A stretch of 58,312 bases of DNA, counting the filler, from Catajapyx aquilonaris (taxonomy: Eukaryota), in assembly GCA_000934665.2 (NCBI GenBank). It is 3 parts of 3 records of this genome, joined end to end, with 100 filler letters (N's around TTAATTAATTAA, not from the genome) between each part and the next. Parts side by side here need not be neighbours in the genome. Positions count along the whole stretch, not along the records: positions 1 to 19,376 come from JYFJ02006472.1; 2 more parts are not named here. One strand, given 5' to 3'. How positions within the stretch are numbered: position 1 is the first letter of the stretch; every line of letters starts with the position of its first letter. This document shows, piece by piece, positions 1-12,217 of the stretch. Below the pieces are notes generated by a model. The model had not been told where the DNA came from, did not search any database, and was given only the letters and a program-made list of their open reading frames with translations. The position numbers and the translations under genes were made by a program.

Positions 1-745
1 GCGATTAAACGCTTACAAGAAATCCCAGTACAAGGCCACAAAGAAGGAGAAGATGTTGCAAGTCTTGAAGAAAGGCTTCATAAGCAGCGAGGAAAGCGAG
101 GAGAGCGGCGGCGACGACGACGACACATCGAGGGTGTTTGGAGTGCTGGGGCTTCCTTGGCGAAGCCCCAAAGTGAATAAGTGGTTCAAAAAATTAGACG
201 CGGCTCACTCACGTGGGACGACAAAGAGGGGATTGATCTATTATTGATCATCAGGCACGACACACTTACATGTGATTAATTAATAAGTCGGTTAGTTCAC
301 AGAGGGATATTTATAAAGAAAACTTATTTATTTTCAGAAGCTCACCCGGCGATTAAACGCCTATAAGAAATGCCAGTACACGGCCAAAAAGAAGGAGATG
401 ATGTTGAAAGTCCTGAAGAAAGGCTAGATAAGCAGCGAGGAGAGCGAGGAGAGCGGCGGGGACACATCTGTAAGGGTGTTTGGGGTGAAGCGGCTTCCTT
501 GGCGAAGTCCCAAAGTTAATAAGTGGTTTAAACAATTAGACGCAGCCCACTTACGTGGGACGACAAAGAGGGGGGGAGATCTGATGGTGAAGGGCCGCCC
601 GTCGGAGGTGCGCTCNTCTCAGAGGCAACCTCCGATGGATGCACCGGCTTGGGCCGTCATGTCTCCATCAGGAATTTCAATCATTAAAAGATGGAATGAA
701 ATCATTAGAAGAGGGAATGAAATATCAAAAGAGGAAATACAATAA
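1..745 (+). mobile_element. Two tandem diverged copies (~1-230 and ~349-570) of a short ORF fragment with an SSEES...LPWRS.KV..WF..LD motif; probable transposon-associated protein remnant
   Basis: Near-identical nucleotide blocks starting gcgattaaacgc at 1 and ~349. ORFs 53-247 and 476-745 share LPWRSPKVNKWFK.LDAAH.RGTTKRG. The transposon origin is an inference. Confidence 0.4.
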
Positions 746-3145
746 TAAGAAAAGAAATTGAGGTAAGTGAGCAACCCCGTGTCATCCCAACTGCTTTCAT
801 TGCCACCAATACTCAAGGGTAAAATAATCGTGATGCTCATGCTTTCCACGCATGTCAGATTATTGTTATAAGCCCATAGAGATTTGGGCAACTTACATCC
901 CAGGAGAGCACTCCTGGAAGTCTGATGGCTATATGTGAGCTTCAATTAGGTAAATTCATGACCAGAGGCATAATCAAGGAGGAAAGAATTATTGAGTTTG
1001 TTAGTAGGTCGTGCGCATGTGCATCTGGAGCATATGAAACGTCACTCTGAGTACAATCAGCTGCAAATAGTGTTCTGGTTTGCCAGACAATATTTTACTT
1101 GGTGCGTCATTACAAGGCACTCTGTTCCATCTCAAGAAAGTGCGCATGTTACTACAGGTACTGTATATAATGTTTTATTTTTATTTTTATTGTCATTATT
1201 TTTATTGTTATAATTATAGGGCATCTATGGTCAAAGATTCACAACTTTCCATCGCCAGCAGATAATGATCATCATGGTGCTTATCATGATACAGTCATCG
1301 GTAATAGGTCTTTTCTATGATATGAAGATGTGAATGAGCTTATAACCAATCAAAGTACATTCATCAAAATTATATCGTTTGAGATCAGCTCGATGGAAGC
1401 GAAGTTCGAAATCTATTCAATGAAAATCCCCGCCTGGGATATATCATTCGATATAGCTACGCTCTGAATGACGTGTGGGATGAAGATGACGATGAATTTA
1501 TCGATGAATGGGACTACTGTTTAGATGATGTGATTTTTGAATTTGATGGTACTGAATTTGCCAATTTATATGACGAAGGAATTGACAGAGAAGCACAGCG
1601 AGGGGGCAGTTTTGGCCGCAGAGGACGAGTTTGGGAAAACCTGTATCCACAAAGCCGCGGCCTCCGAGGGTCACTAAATGGTTCCACAAATTGGATGTTA
1701 AAATCCCACACGAGCCCTAACTCCTTCTGGTGGCGGGTGGCGGCCGTCATCAGGCCCGGGTGTCGGGTCCCAGGAAGGTTGAAGAAAATGAGTGAGAGAC
1801 TGAGGAACTTGTATAAACACAAGGACGGAGTGTTCAAGAATAGGATTCACGGAATTCACGCCCCCGCCCCGAACGTGGCTGTGCTGGTGCAGGCGCAAGC
1901 GGCCGTCATCGACGTTTCGTCGGACGAGGAGAAGGAGGTGGTTGCCATTCACAGATGGCATGTAAAGTCAGGGTAATTACAATTTCATGCAACATTATGA
2001 AATGGTGCATAGTTAACACTTACGTACAATATCACCAGCTGATCATAACCTTTCAATGGCACAGCACTCGGTAGGATTGACAAATCAAGGTGAGATCGAT
2101 TCGAATGCATTATTTAAGCAGGTGACAAAAGATAAAGTGACTATCTCAGTACAAGGAAATGCAGGCGCTAATCCAGTCTGGAGAACACCGTTACACCTTG
2201 AATGACCGAGTTAGAGCCGACCAAGGATTTGGGAATCTCCCCGCAGTGCCTAAGATGGAAGATGGACCGAGTGGCCGGCGGGTTAAACAACCCAGCAATA
2301 ATCCAGCTCAGAATGGCTCCAGCTGTCTCTAATTGGAGTCTCCTGTGGAGTGCTGGGCCCCTTCTGGGGGCAGCTTTCTTTGTTTCTTTCTCCGGACATA
2401 TTTGCATTCATTTAATGTCAGGGACCATGCGGTGGTTACCGTCCGCTCCTCAAGCGGGTTGAATTAGAATACTCTTTTTGCCATTGGGCTGAGTTTGGAG
2501 TGTCCAAGTCTGACGGTTTAGCATTCTGATCGAATTGGAGGATGAAATGCTATGGGCCGTCCTCCATAATATTAACTTAACTGTGGAGTGATGGGGTCGA
2601 TCACCACCACCTTCCTGATGCAGGAGAGGGTGACCAAGGTATCCAAGTATTTATTTATGTATTTGACACCGAGCTGTATGTGGTCCTGCAGGCGATCGAG
2701 CTGGCAGTGGAACATCTGGCACTCCCGATGATCCCTGTCCGCCCGAGAGGGTGTAACGATCCACTCTCCACACCAGGGTGGCCGTCCTACGGCATACCTG
2801 GTGGGGGTCAGAACGGGGCTGACGCCAGATGTGCTCGTTGCCGCCCTTGCGGAAGGCAACGGGGACCTCTTTACTCCGCTGGCGGACCACCTTCGGGTGG
2901 GGACGCGTGGCACAAGGGGTCGAGAGACAATTGGCGCCTCACGTATAGTTCCTCAAAATATGCGCACTTATTTCATTTACACCGTGTATACCATAGCTCA
3001 AAATATATTTATACAATTCAACGCATGTTAAATGTGTATAAATTGATGTTAGGGCTATTGTTTCATATGCTGCATTTTTGGTGTATTTAACAAATACAAG
3101 TATGCATGTAATCTTGTTCCCTAGAAATCAGGAGGAAAATCATCC

Positions 3146-3800
3146 ATGGCGCCGATTCGTCCCTCAGCGTCAGTGACAGTGAGAAGGAAGTGGAATGCAC
3201 TCTGGAATCACTGCACGGAGGCATCTCCTGGATATGCAACGTGCGACGTTTGCAAGAAGAAGGTTGCATGCAGGACATCCACGAGCAACCTAAAAATGCA
3301 CATGCAGAGGATGCATCCCACAGTCAAAATACAAGATGAGAGGGTGCCGCAGAGGGTTGACATTGACAGTGAGGCAGATGAAGGTGTGGAAATTGCTGCA
3401 GCCTCCAGCCAGGTTACAACACCAAGGTCATCCGTGGCCAATCCTGTTCAGGCTCCATTATCTGCCTACTTACAAAGGCAGCCGAGAGCAAATGTCAACA
3501 GGCAGAGAAAAAAAAAGACGTGAACTTGCTCAAGATGTTTTACTGGGATTACCAGCCGTTTTCGATTGTGGAAGACAGGGGGTTCAGGAGGTTCGTACAC
3601 GGCCTGGATCCAACCTACGTACTTCCCAATAGAAAAACTGTGTCGCAGAGCATGATACCTGCCGAATACAGTAAGTGCGTCGTGGAAGTCCAGGAGAAGC
3701 TGACAGGTGTCCCGAGCGTCTGTCTCACGACGGATTGCTGGACGTCCCTCACAAACGAGAACTACATTAGTGTCACCTGCCACTTCGTGAATGAAGGTGA
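3146..3800 (+). mobile_element. hAT (ZBED1-like) transposase remnant: BED zinc finger plus start of catalytic region, frameshifted and truncated
   Basis: WNHC...ATCDVCKKKV...STSNLKMHMQRMHP (BED finger). After a frameshift in the A-run at ~3508-3517: QPFSIVEDRGFRRFV..LDPTY.LP.RKTVS...CLTTDCWTS...YISVTCHF, typical of hAT transposases. Confidence 0.85.
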
Positions 3801-4129
3801 GAGTTATGTCTCAAATTTTATTTCTTACACTTATTCCACACGCATAGCCTCAATTTTGCAGAAACGAAGTTTCAGAAGTTGCCTATTGACGTCAGGGATC
3901 GCATTAAAACCAGGTTAGCAGATAAAGGTGAAGTAGAAGCACTGCAATTGAATTGAGAGCAGGGCAAAGGTTGGACATTTGGCGACTTGGGATCCAAACC
4001 ATCACTTTCTACCACAGCACTTTCTTTGAAGGCGGCAACTAAAGCAAATTAAAAGCAAGATTGAATGGAATACTAAGCACAGTCATACAGAAGACCACAT
4101 TTCCCTTAAAACTTCGGTGGAAATGTTAT

Positions 4130-5040
4130 GCCAGAATTCAAGCAATTCTCCTATTTTGGTGTTCAAACTGCAGCAGGAAAAAGTACGTATACGTGGCCTT
4201 CTGAAATTGATGTATTACATGACGCAGAAAATTTGTTCCTTTTAGCATTTCAGTCTCGGTCACAGGGATGAATGTTAAAAAACCATGCAGGTGTAACATT
4301 GTGCATAGTGCCACATGGTACTACATGCTATGATTTCTATCTAGTCAATATGATAGTCCGAGACGAGTTTGATCATGGTTATCCGGTGGGACATATTATA
4401 ACAAACCACCAGGAATTAATATTGTAAATATGAAGGCGGACCATGTGAAGAAATTAATCGAAGAGGTGGCCGAATGTAAAAGCATGATTATAATGGGCAT
4501 TGACTACTGGACATTCATTGTAGGTGAAGGAGCATCACAAGCAGCATGCGAGTCATCAAGCATGCCTACTGCCGTGGAGGGATGTGCAGGGGAAGCTGCC
4601 GACGGTGAGTTGAATGAGATTCGCACTTACACCTGTCTTTGGGGAGACTGACTGCAGTACACCATATATATATAGAATGCAAGTGGTATCAAAGTCTCCG
4701 TCGCATCATAAAAGGAGATGTGGACTTTCGACACGCAATCTACCGAGAGCTGACAGTGATAATACAGGAACATTCGGTACAAAAATGTCATCAGCTGTGC
4801 ATGGGCTTCTGCAACAGATATGAATCAGACCAGCCAGAGTTTGTTGAGTACTTTCGGAAGCATTACCTAGACAGGCCGAAATGTGGGCTGTGTGTTTCAG
4901 AAAATTTGAGCATGGTCGTACAGATACCAACATGTACTGTAAGTCCTTCCATACCAAAATCAAGACAATTTATTTGGAGAGAAAACCTACGAAATGGTTG
5001 GACACTTTAGTAAATTTGTTGAAGATTGAGGAGGTCATTC
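4130..5040 (+). mobile_element. Degenerate MULE (Mutator-like) transposase
   Basis: Fragments in several frames: HGTTCYDFYLVNMIVRDEFDHGYPVGHII, FVEYFRKHYLDRP, MWAVCFRKFEHGRTDTNMYCKSFHTKIKTIYL. Multiple stops and frameshifts. Confidence 0.7.
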
Positions 5041-5211
5041 GAATGCAGCATACCCACAATACTTTGCTAATAAAGCCCCACGTAAAGAGTAAAAGCATTA
5101 AAATCCCTCCGCTGTGCTCTCAAAGATCTTCAAAGCTTCCATTCATAACATTACTGTGTATAGTAAAGACACTAGACAAACCAGTCTGAGTGGCCACAGC
5201 AGTAACATTAT

Positions 5212-6671
5212 GGGTGCAGTACTGCAGTTACACTAGGCAAACGCGCTCGAAGCGAGCTTCTCCCAAGCGCAATCAAAACGTGCTTTCAGACGTGCCCAGT
5301 TGTCAGGGCAGTTACACTGAGACGCGATCACAATCGGTGCTGCCACGTCGAGGGAAAGATGGCTGACATTGGGTGTAGTTACACTAGGGCTCGGAGCGCG
5401 CTTCTGATGACGTATGAAGCGCGCCTCGGCCAGTTACACTGGAAGCACGATCGGAGCGCGCCCCGTCAGGCATGCTTTCTCCCAGACGCAGCCCGGACTG
5501 AGTCTGAGGTCGGGAAGCGTGCTTCTGAAAGATGGCGACGCAGTGGCCGGAGAAGGCGACAAAAGGCCCTTCTTACGATTTGGGCTCGCGAGGACGTCCA
5601 GCTGCAGCTGGACGGCGCAGGAATGAAGACGAGGGCCATCTGGACGCGGGTGGCTTCCGAGTTGCAGAAAATGGGCTTCCCGGAGAGAGAATGGAAGGAG
5701 TGCAACGAAAAAATTCGCCGGCTCAAAAACGCCTACAAGGCAGTCAAGAAATTGAACGGCACCAGTGGCAATAGTCGGCGTAGCTGCGCCTTTTTTCAGG
5801 AGCTGGATGCGGTCCTGGGGAAGAAGCCATCTATTGCACCCCTCCTCCTGCTGGAAAGCTCGCAGGTGCAGAAGAGGCACCTTGCCTCTTCTGCACCTGC
5901 CGCACACGAAACCTCCTGAGTCGGGCAAGGTGATCTTTGTGGATCGCATTGCGCCGGTTCGCAGATGCAATGGAGGGGCTACTTTCTTCCGTTCGTCTGC
6001 GGATTATTGAGCTAAGAAAATACACAACCGCAGGATCGGCCATCTTGGCTGTCACCTGCCAACACTTTTATCTGATGCTGCTAATAGATGGCGGGACCAG
6101 CACGGGGCGCGTCGTAATGTAACTGGGCTTTGGGTCGAGCACGTCTGAAAGCGCGCTTGGGAGGAGCACGCTTCGAGCGCGTTTGGCTAGTGTAACTACA
6201 CCCATTGTTGACCCTCCTGGTATGGACCCTGCTCTTTTGTATTTTGGTCATCTCCTGTCGAAAATGAGGCGGGCCCAAGAAGAGAGTGCCACTGCAGTTT
6301 CGAGGAGGCGGGTGAGGGCCATCATAAGGCGTCACCGCTACCATCTGAGGTAGTTTCACGAGAGGCAGGCGAGAGGGAGAGCCACCTCTCTGATGTTGCT
6401 GGCATCAGTTGTCATTTCCTACAACAATTGGAGGCTGATAAAGTCATTTCCTGATAATGGTAATTTAACACAGTGTCAAAAAAAAAAAAAAAAAATGAAA
6501 AGAAGATTGAGCAGCACAAGGATTCCCATCGAGCAGAGTTTTGGAAGCGTTTGGAAGCGTTGCGATGTGGGGACCACCTTTACACCAACTGTAATAGCTG
6601 CATGTGTAACTCTGGGTTAAAGCGCGCTTCGTCAGGCGCGCTCAGACCGTGCTCCTAGTGTAACTGCACCC
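5212..6671. mobile_element. PIF/Harbinger element (outer) carrying a transposase C-terminal remnant
   Basis: Ends GGGTGCAG(TACTGCAG)TTACACTAG / CTAGTGTAACTGCACCC with a 3-bp TAT duplication (5209-5211, 6672-6674). Region ~6440-6620 encodes LTQCQ...RRLSSTRIPIEQSFG..WKR...VIAACVTL, resembling the end of a Harbinger DDE transposase. Confidence 0.8.
5371..6203 (+). mobile_element. PIF/Harbinger element (inner, nested) encoding a Myb/SANT trihelix DNA-binding protein
   Basis: Perfect 17-bp TIR GGGTGTAGTTACACTAG with ATT duplication (5368-5370, 6204-6206). Reading MATQWPEKATK/ALLTIW...IWTRVASEL...REWKECNEKIRRLKNAYK...CAFFQELDAVLG from ATG 5532 needs one frameshift; stop at 5919. Confidence 0.85.
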
Positions 6672-8777
6672 TATGATGACCATGCCCCAACCTTGCAGCC
6701 GGATAGACAGACACACACACACATTGGCTGTCAGGATCATGGGCCAATTTGGATGGAAATCGCCCATGTGGTAGTCCTAGTGACTTCCACCTCCGAGGTT
6801 GGAACAAGGGTGGAAGCCATGCTGCTGGTGGCTGTCGGAAGTTATGGGGCAGGCGCCACGGTCATTGTTGTGTTTGCATCAGTCGTTTGGTACGTAGACG
6901 CGCTTGTGTGTGTGTACATTTTAACCTGACCGTATTCCTCCTTCCCTACAGGTGGCAGGGACGGGAGCGCCAACAGAAGACAAAGATGAAGCTGCAGAAG
7001 CCGAGTTGATACCACCCAGCGCTCTGCTGATTAGCTCAGTTTGACATTTGGCTCATTCCGTACCCAGACACTGCATTTGGCATATTTGTTTCACATTTCT
7101 CGAGTTTGCGGATTATGATCCCTTGATTATCATGGGAGTGCAAGGAGATGATCAGGTTTCCATGTGTGATGCCGTTTGCGTGAACAATAAGGCTGGTGTT
7201 TTCAAAATCAGATCACGGTCCAACCAAATACTGATTATAATGTAAAAATTAATACCGGCATCTCCATGTGCAATGCAGAGCATTGTCATGAATTTTTTTT
7301 ATGAATCAGGGTGCTCGAATTTTTTCAGTCATTTGTACCATTGTGATGCCCAGATGAAAGACCCCTTTTGCAAGCACATTCATAAACTTCACTCTCTTCT
7401 ACTAACTGGTTGCATGATTGGTAGTAGACCAACACTCTATTCAGCATGACCTAATTGTTACATAGATCCTATCAGGGCAAACACAAGGCCCAATGATGGA
7501 GAAATTAAGGCGGACTCCCTATGTAAGTTTTTTTTTGGTTCGGTTAATCCACTGAAGGTAATTCAACCCAAACACGTACTACAAAACAACCGGAGATATT
7601 GCAGTGTGTTTGTGTCTACTTTGCTGATCAGCTCTCTATAAAAAAATTAAAGTCTCGTAAGATACTGAAACGACCTAGAACCTCCGAGCGGCGGACAGGA
7701 ATTGACACTTGAATTACTGCCTTAATACACCTCAATTGGAGTCACTTTCCAGCGAAAGGACAGTGAACTGTCACATGTACACCATAGAATGGCAGAAGAG
7801 TGACATTTCTCAGTGCAATATCTTCCTAATGGCGGAGAGTAACGAGCATATCAGAAGGGAAACATTGAGATTGCTCCATACTTCACTGACCATACACAGA
7901 AATTGGTTCCTTCCTTGCCTCTCCCACTGCTGTGTCTGGTACAGATATACCTACTGGTTAATGACATAACTGGTGGTGCAAGATCAACACAAGTGGTGGC
8001 AGATGGACAGTTATCTCGAGAAGAGACAACATATTTCCTGCCTTTGTCAAGAGGCTAAAAATTTCTAGAACATCATCTGGCCGTCTCAAATGATGGCTGC
8101 AACCAAGTGAAACCAGGACCTAGAAGAAGTGTACCCCCAAAGATGACGGTTCAGAGCTCTTCATCCCCTTACAGGACAGTGGGATTATCTGGGACAAAAT
8201 TGAAGCACCCAATTGTGTTAATGTGAGCTGCCCAGCAGCCTTCATGGGTCTGTCATGAAGACGCTGCACCGGTTGGACGTGCCAAATAACACTTTGCCGG
8301 CCTGGTCACACCTGCGATTGTGGGGCCCGGTTGAGTCTGGAGGGCCTTCTTCGCCGTAAAAAATAGGGAGGGGGTGAAGAGGGGGAACGCCGAGAGGCCC
8401 CAGCCCTTTGCTACATCCAGCTCACAGGGAGAAGCCTCTGCAATTGGTCGAGACTCGTAACGTTTCGTTTCGCTTGTTACACTCTATTGTAATTTTATAG
8501 TCGCTACTGTAATAAATCCTCAAGTAAAATGATAATTAATTAATTAATTATCTCTTTTTAAAACCGTTTGTTCATTTAACGTTGGGGTTGGGGTGGTATT
8601 GCCTGCCCTGCCCTACGTCAGAGGTGCTTGGCGCAGTATAGCCAGTGCTGCTGTTGCGCCAATAAACCATTACTCAATCAATCAATCCCGCCAAGTTCCC
8701 CCTCCCTGCGACCCCACTTCACCCTGCCTGTTCCACTTCCTGCTGGTTCCTTGATCCAAAAAAAAAAAAGACAAAAA

Positions 8778-8921
8778 GATTGCAGCAATAGCATCATACG
8801 AGGTGTTTGTAGCATACATCGAGAAACCCATTATTTGGGACGTGCGGACTTGGCAGTACCGGAACACGGATTCCAAGGGGAGAGCATGGGAAGAGGTTAC
8901 TCAGAACGGCAGGGTGACTGG
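8778..8921 (+). pseudogene. MADF-domain fragment (probably transposon-derived)
   Basis: VAYIEKPIIWDVRTWQYRNTDSKGRAWEEV matches the MADF pattern (P.LWD....Y.N...K..AW.EV) and is followed by a GTGAAT donor-like site. Confidence 0.55.
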
Positions 8922-10895
8922 TGAATTTTCACGGCAGTGTTCCTTGCCGTTCCATTCCTGTGTTCTCTTTATTATTCCCTACCACCCCCTCTTGTGGCCA
9001 AGATGGAGACATTAATTGATACAGATGCAGAGGAAACATGACCAACCAGCATGTGAATTTCCCACATGTGACTTGTTCTTCGAGCAATTTGTTCCCATAG
9101 TTCAGGCAGGAACAAGGACGTCTAGTCATCACAGATGATGGCGGCAACCAGGCCCATGGGTCTTCTTCCCAACAGCTACCCTCAGGTCGTCCCCGCCAGT
9201 ACCCCGCAAGGGATCTCTTGATGGTTGGGGGACTGATGCCCTTCCCTTCCCTCCTTCCCATAGGCCTCCTCCTCATGCCGTCCATCAGGTCCTTCCATAC
9301 GAGTCAAGAGCAGGAGCATTGGCTTTGTACATCAATCACATGTGATACTATAGGCAAGGTTGGTGATGTAACTACATCATCATCCCTCACGGCTTTTCCC
9401 AAAAGACTGGGGTTGCCAGTGGATAACTAGGTGCTCGTCACTCCCCTCACATAACCATTATTTACAAATTCTCGAGCCTGGTCAGGGACTCGCAAAAAAT
9501 GGGGGGGAGAAATGCAACAGAGTGCCAAATGGTGAGGCTATGCTGGGTTGTTCACTTCTGTGGTGTCCCTGGAGACGTCCAACCCTAAAGGATGGGCGAG
9601 CCAGGAGTGCCATCTCACTGCTGAGTTGTTGGCACCCCCACACCGCAACGCCATCACGGTGCATGGAACAAAGGAGGGTAGCAAAGCCTCCAGGGTTTCG
9701 TTTGGAATGCCTTCTACTTGCCGAATCATTTCCAACAGGTAAAGCATATGATAGAAAACCCAGATGTGATGCTGCGTGGATGTGCCCTTTCCAATCTGCA
9801 AAAAAAGAAAGTCTGTATTAATTTCCAATTTATATCACACATTCAGGACATTATAAAAATGGCAATCACAACACCTAGCATCCGAATATCATGAAATATT
9901 TTATCAACACCCCATTTCTCCTTTTAAAAAATATGTCCAAGCCATGTTACTTTTGTGGCAAAATCAATGCAAAAATCTGTTACTGGCTAACACTGGAAAC
10001 TTGTTGAATTTCTGGCTAACACATGCTACAGAACAAGAACACATCCATGCAATGGCTGGTGTGTCTGAAAATAAGTACGTATTACCCTACACCCATTTCT
10101 TGAAGAAGATTCCCATTTACGTTGATGAATCTAATGAACCAGCAATTCAAGTGAGAGGGATGTAGTGAAGTACAGTATCACCTAAGGGGCAGCTGGGATG
10201 TACACAATTTAAATTTAGGTCAGATAATGAAAACTGTATGTCAAAAAAAGCTCGGCTCATATGTACGAACCAAAAACCAGATCCATAAAACCTGTTGTGG
10301 CATTCATCGTACATATACAACCTGAGCGATTCCAGGACAAATCACTCAAAGGACTCCCACCCCACCCCCTCTTTTTTTATCCCAATGAAACTTGGTACGA
10401 TAATTCCCCATGAGGAATCGAGCATGAATAAAGTTTTTCAAACAATTCTGGGTCATTAGGTCACATGAAGTGAAGTGGGCAAAATCCCGTAAAAGGCCCC
10501 ACACACTTGGACGAACAACCCAATGTCTCGTTGACTACACTGCACAACAATATTTCTGATGTATGAATGTGCTGTCAGGATTGAGAGATTGTAATGATTG
10601 AATGTTCAAATGTTTGAAGTCTGAATAAAGGTGTCACATGTAGAATTCATTGTTAAAAGATATTAAGGTCAACTAACTACCTCCTTCGTCCTTGAAATTT
10701 ATATCCCGTATTCGGTACTTCATCCAGCATTTTTTACATATTTTCCCAGGGTGGTCCCTCAGTGAGTTTCAGAGTAATAAAATAAAACAGATAAAACAGG
10801 CAGGCTGCAAACATGTGGCATGTTCCCAACCTCCTTCACCACAGATGGACCATAATGCTGACCCTGCCAGATTTGTGACAAATTTCGTGGCGTTA

Positions 10896-11551
10896 AGGTG
10901 CGTTCACATACGCGAATAAACACTTCGAGCAATTTTCAGGTTTTGCTGTTTCCCATCTTTTACGTCATAAATAGAGCGAATATTTGGAAAATTTTCCAGG
11001 CATTCACGTGTCCACTATGCGATGAAACTTTCTCGTTAATTATGGAGCATGCACTGTGCAGCAGGGCAGGTAGGAGGGAGGACGGGGTCAGGGTCGTGTG
11101 GGCAGGGGGAGGTCTTGGCCTGAGAAAGATGGCGGAGGCAGCGGGCATGGCAGTGAAAATGCTGCTGAACCGACCTCGGAAGTGCATCCAGGTCACAGTG
11201 GACCAAGTGGGGCAATAGCTGGACATGGTGCGGAGGCTAGCCGGGTCGGGAGTTTGCAACAAAAAAATAGGTAACTTCTGAGCTCGGGCATCCGCATTCC
11301 TAACATGGCAGAGGAAGGCCGACAAGTCAGCGTGGCTTGAACCAGGTCCAAAATTTGCTTGCATCAAAAAAACCCTTCTATCTGGCTCTGTCAGAGGAGC
11401 GCGATTTTCAGTTTAGTCGCACGAGTGACCAAAATTTGCTCGTGTCTAGGAGAAAATCGCCTGTACGTGAATGACTTCGGCCAGACGCGAATTCGCTGAA
11501 AGCTGAAATTCACTGGCTTTTGATCAAAATCGTGTATATGTGAACACACCT
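10896..11551. mobile_element. Harbinger-type non-autonomous element
   Basis: TIR AGGTGCGTTCACATAC / ATATGTGAACACACCT with TTA on both sides (10893-10895, 11552-11554). Confidence 0.7.
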
Positions 11552-11669
11552 TTATACAACCGAAATACAGAGTCGACTGACATGTTTTATTTTATTACGT
11601 CGAAACTTACTGAGAGACCACTGGAAAAATCAGTAAAAAAATGGTTGTTGCAGTACAGAACACGGTATA

Positions 11670-12217
11670 CAGGGTGTTTATTGTAACTCCGCAAAGACTT
11701 TCAGGGGTAATAGAGGGGACCAAGACAAGTATTTTTGACATACGAACCCGTGACCGGAAACGCCATCTAGGGGGGGTTCATAGACAAGGAACGGGTGCGC
11801 TCAGACGCTTCACGCAGGAGGCGCTAGGCGAACCGACAGTTTTGTTGATAGAAGGCACGCAGGTGTTGCCAGGTTGTGGCGTATTGTGTCGTTGTAAGTA
11901 AACAACAACACGATACGCCATAACCTGGCAACAACAGAACCGCTGTTGACTATCCGCGCGTCTCCTAGGAGGCAGACTTTAGTTGCTAGATGACTCTGTT
12001 GTTGCCACGTTATGGCACATCGCATCGTTGGTTACTATCCGAGCGCCATCTATCAACAAAACAATCTGCTCGCGTGACGCATCTGAGCGCACCCGTTCCT
12101 TGTCTATGAACCCCCTCTAGATGGCGTTTCCGGACATGGTTTCCTATGTCAAAAATGATTGTCTTGGTCCCCTCTATTACCCCTATAAGTTTGTCGATTG
12201 AATTCATTAACACCCTG
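11670..12217. mobile_element. Tc1/mariner-type MITE, almost fully palindromic
   Basis: TA-CAGGGTG...CACCCTG-TA ends. Long inverted arms (ggggtaatagaggggaccaagacaa; ggggttcatagacaaggaacgggtgcgctcaga). Confidence 0.85.

Noticed and set aside
1473..2930. GC-rich ORFs of 107-167 aa
   Set aside because: No motif I can assign; probably decayed repeat fragments.
5359..5531. N-terminal part of the 186-aa ORF
   Set aside because: It runs across the TIR and subterminal repeats; the real Myb gene probably starts at 5532 with a frameshift.
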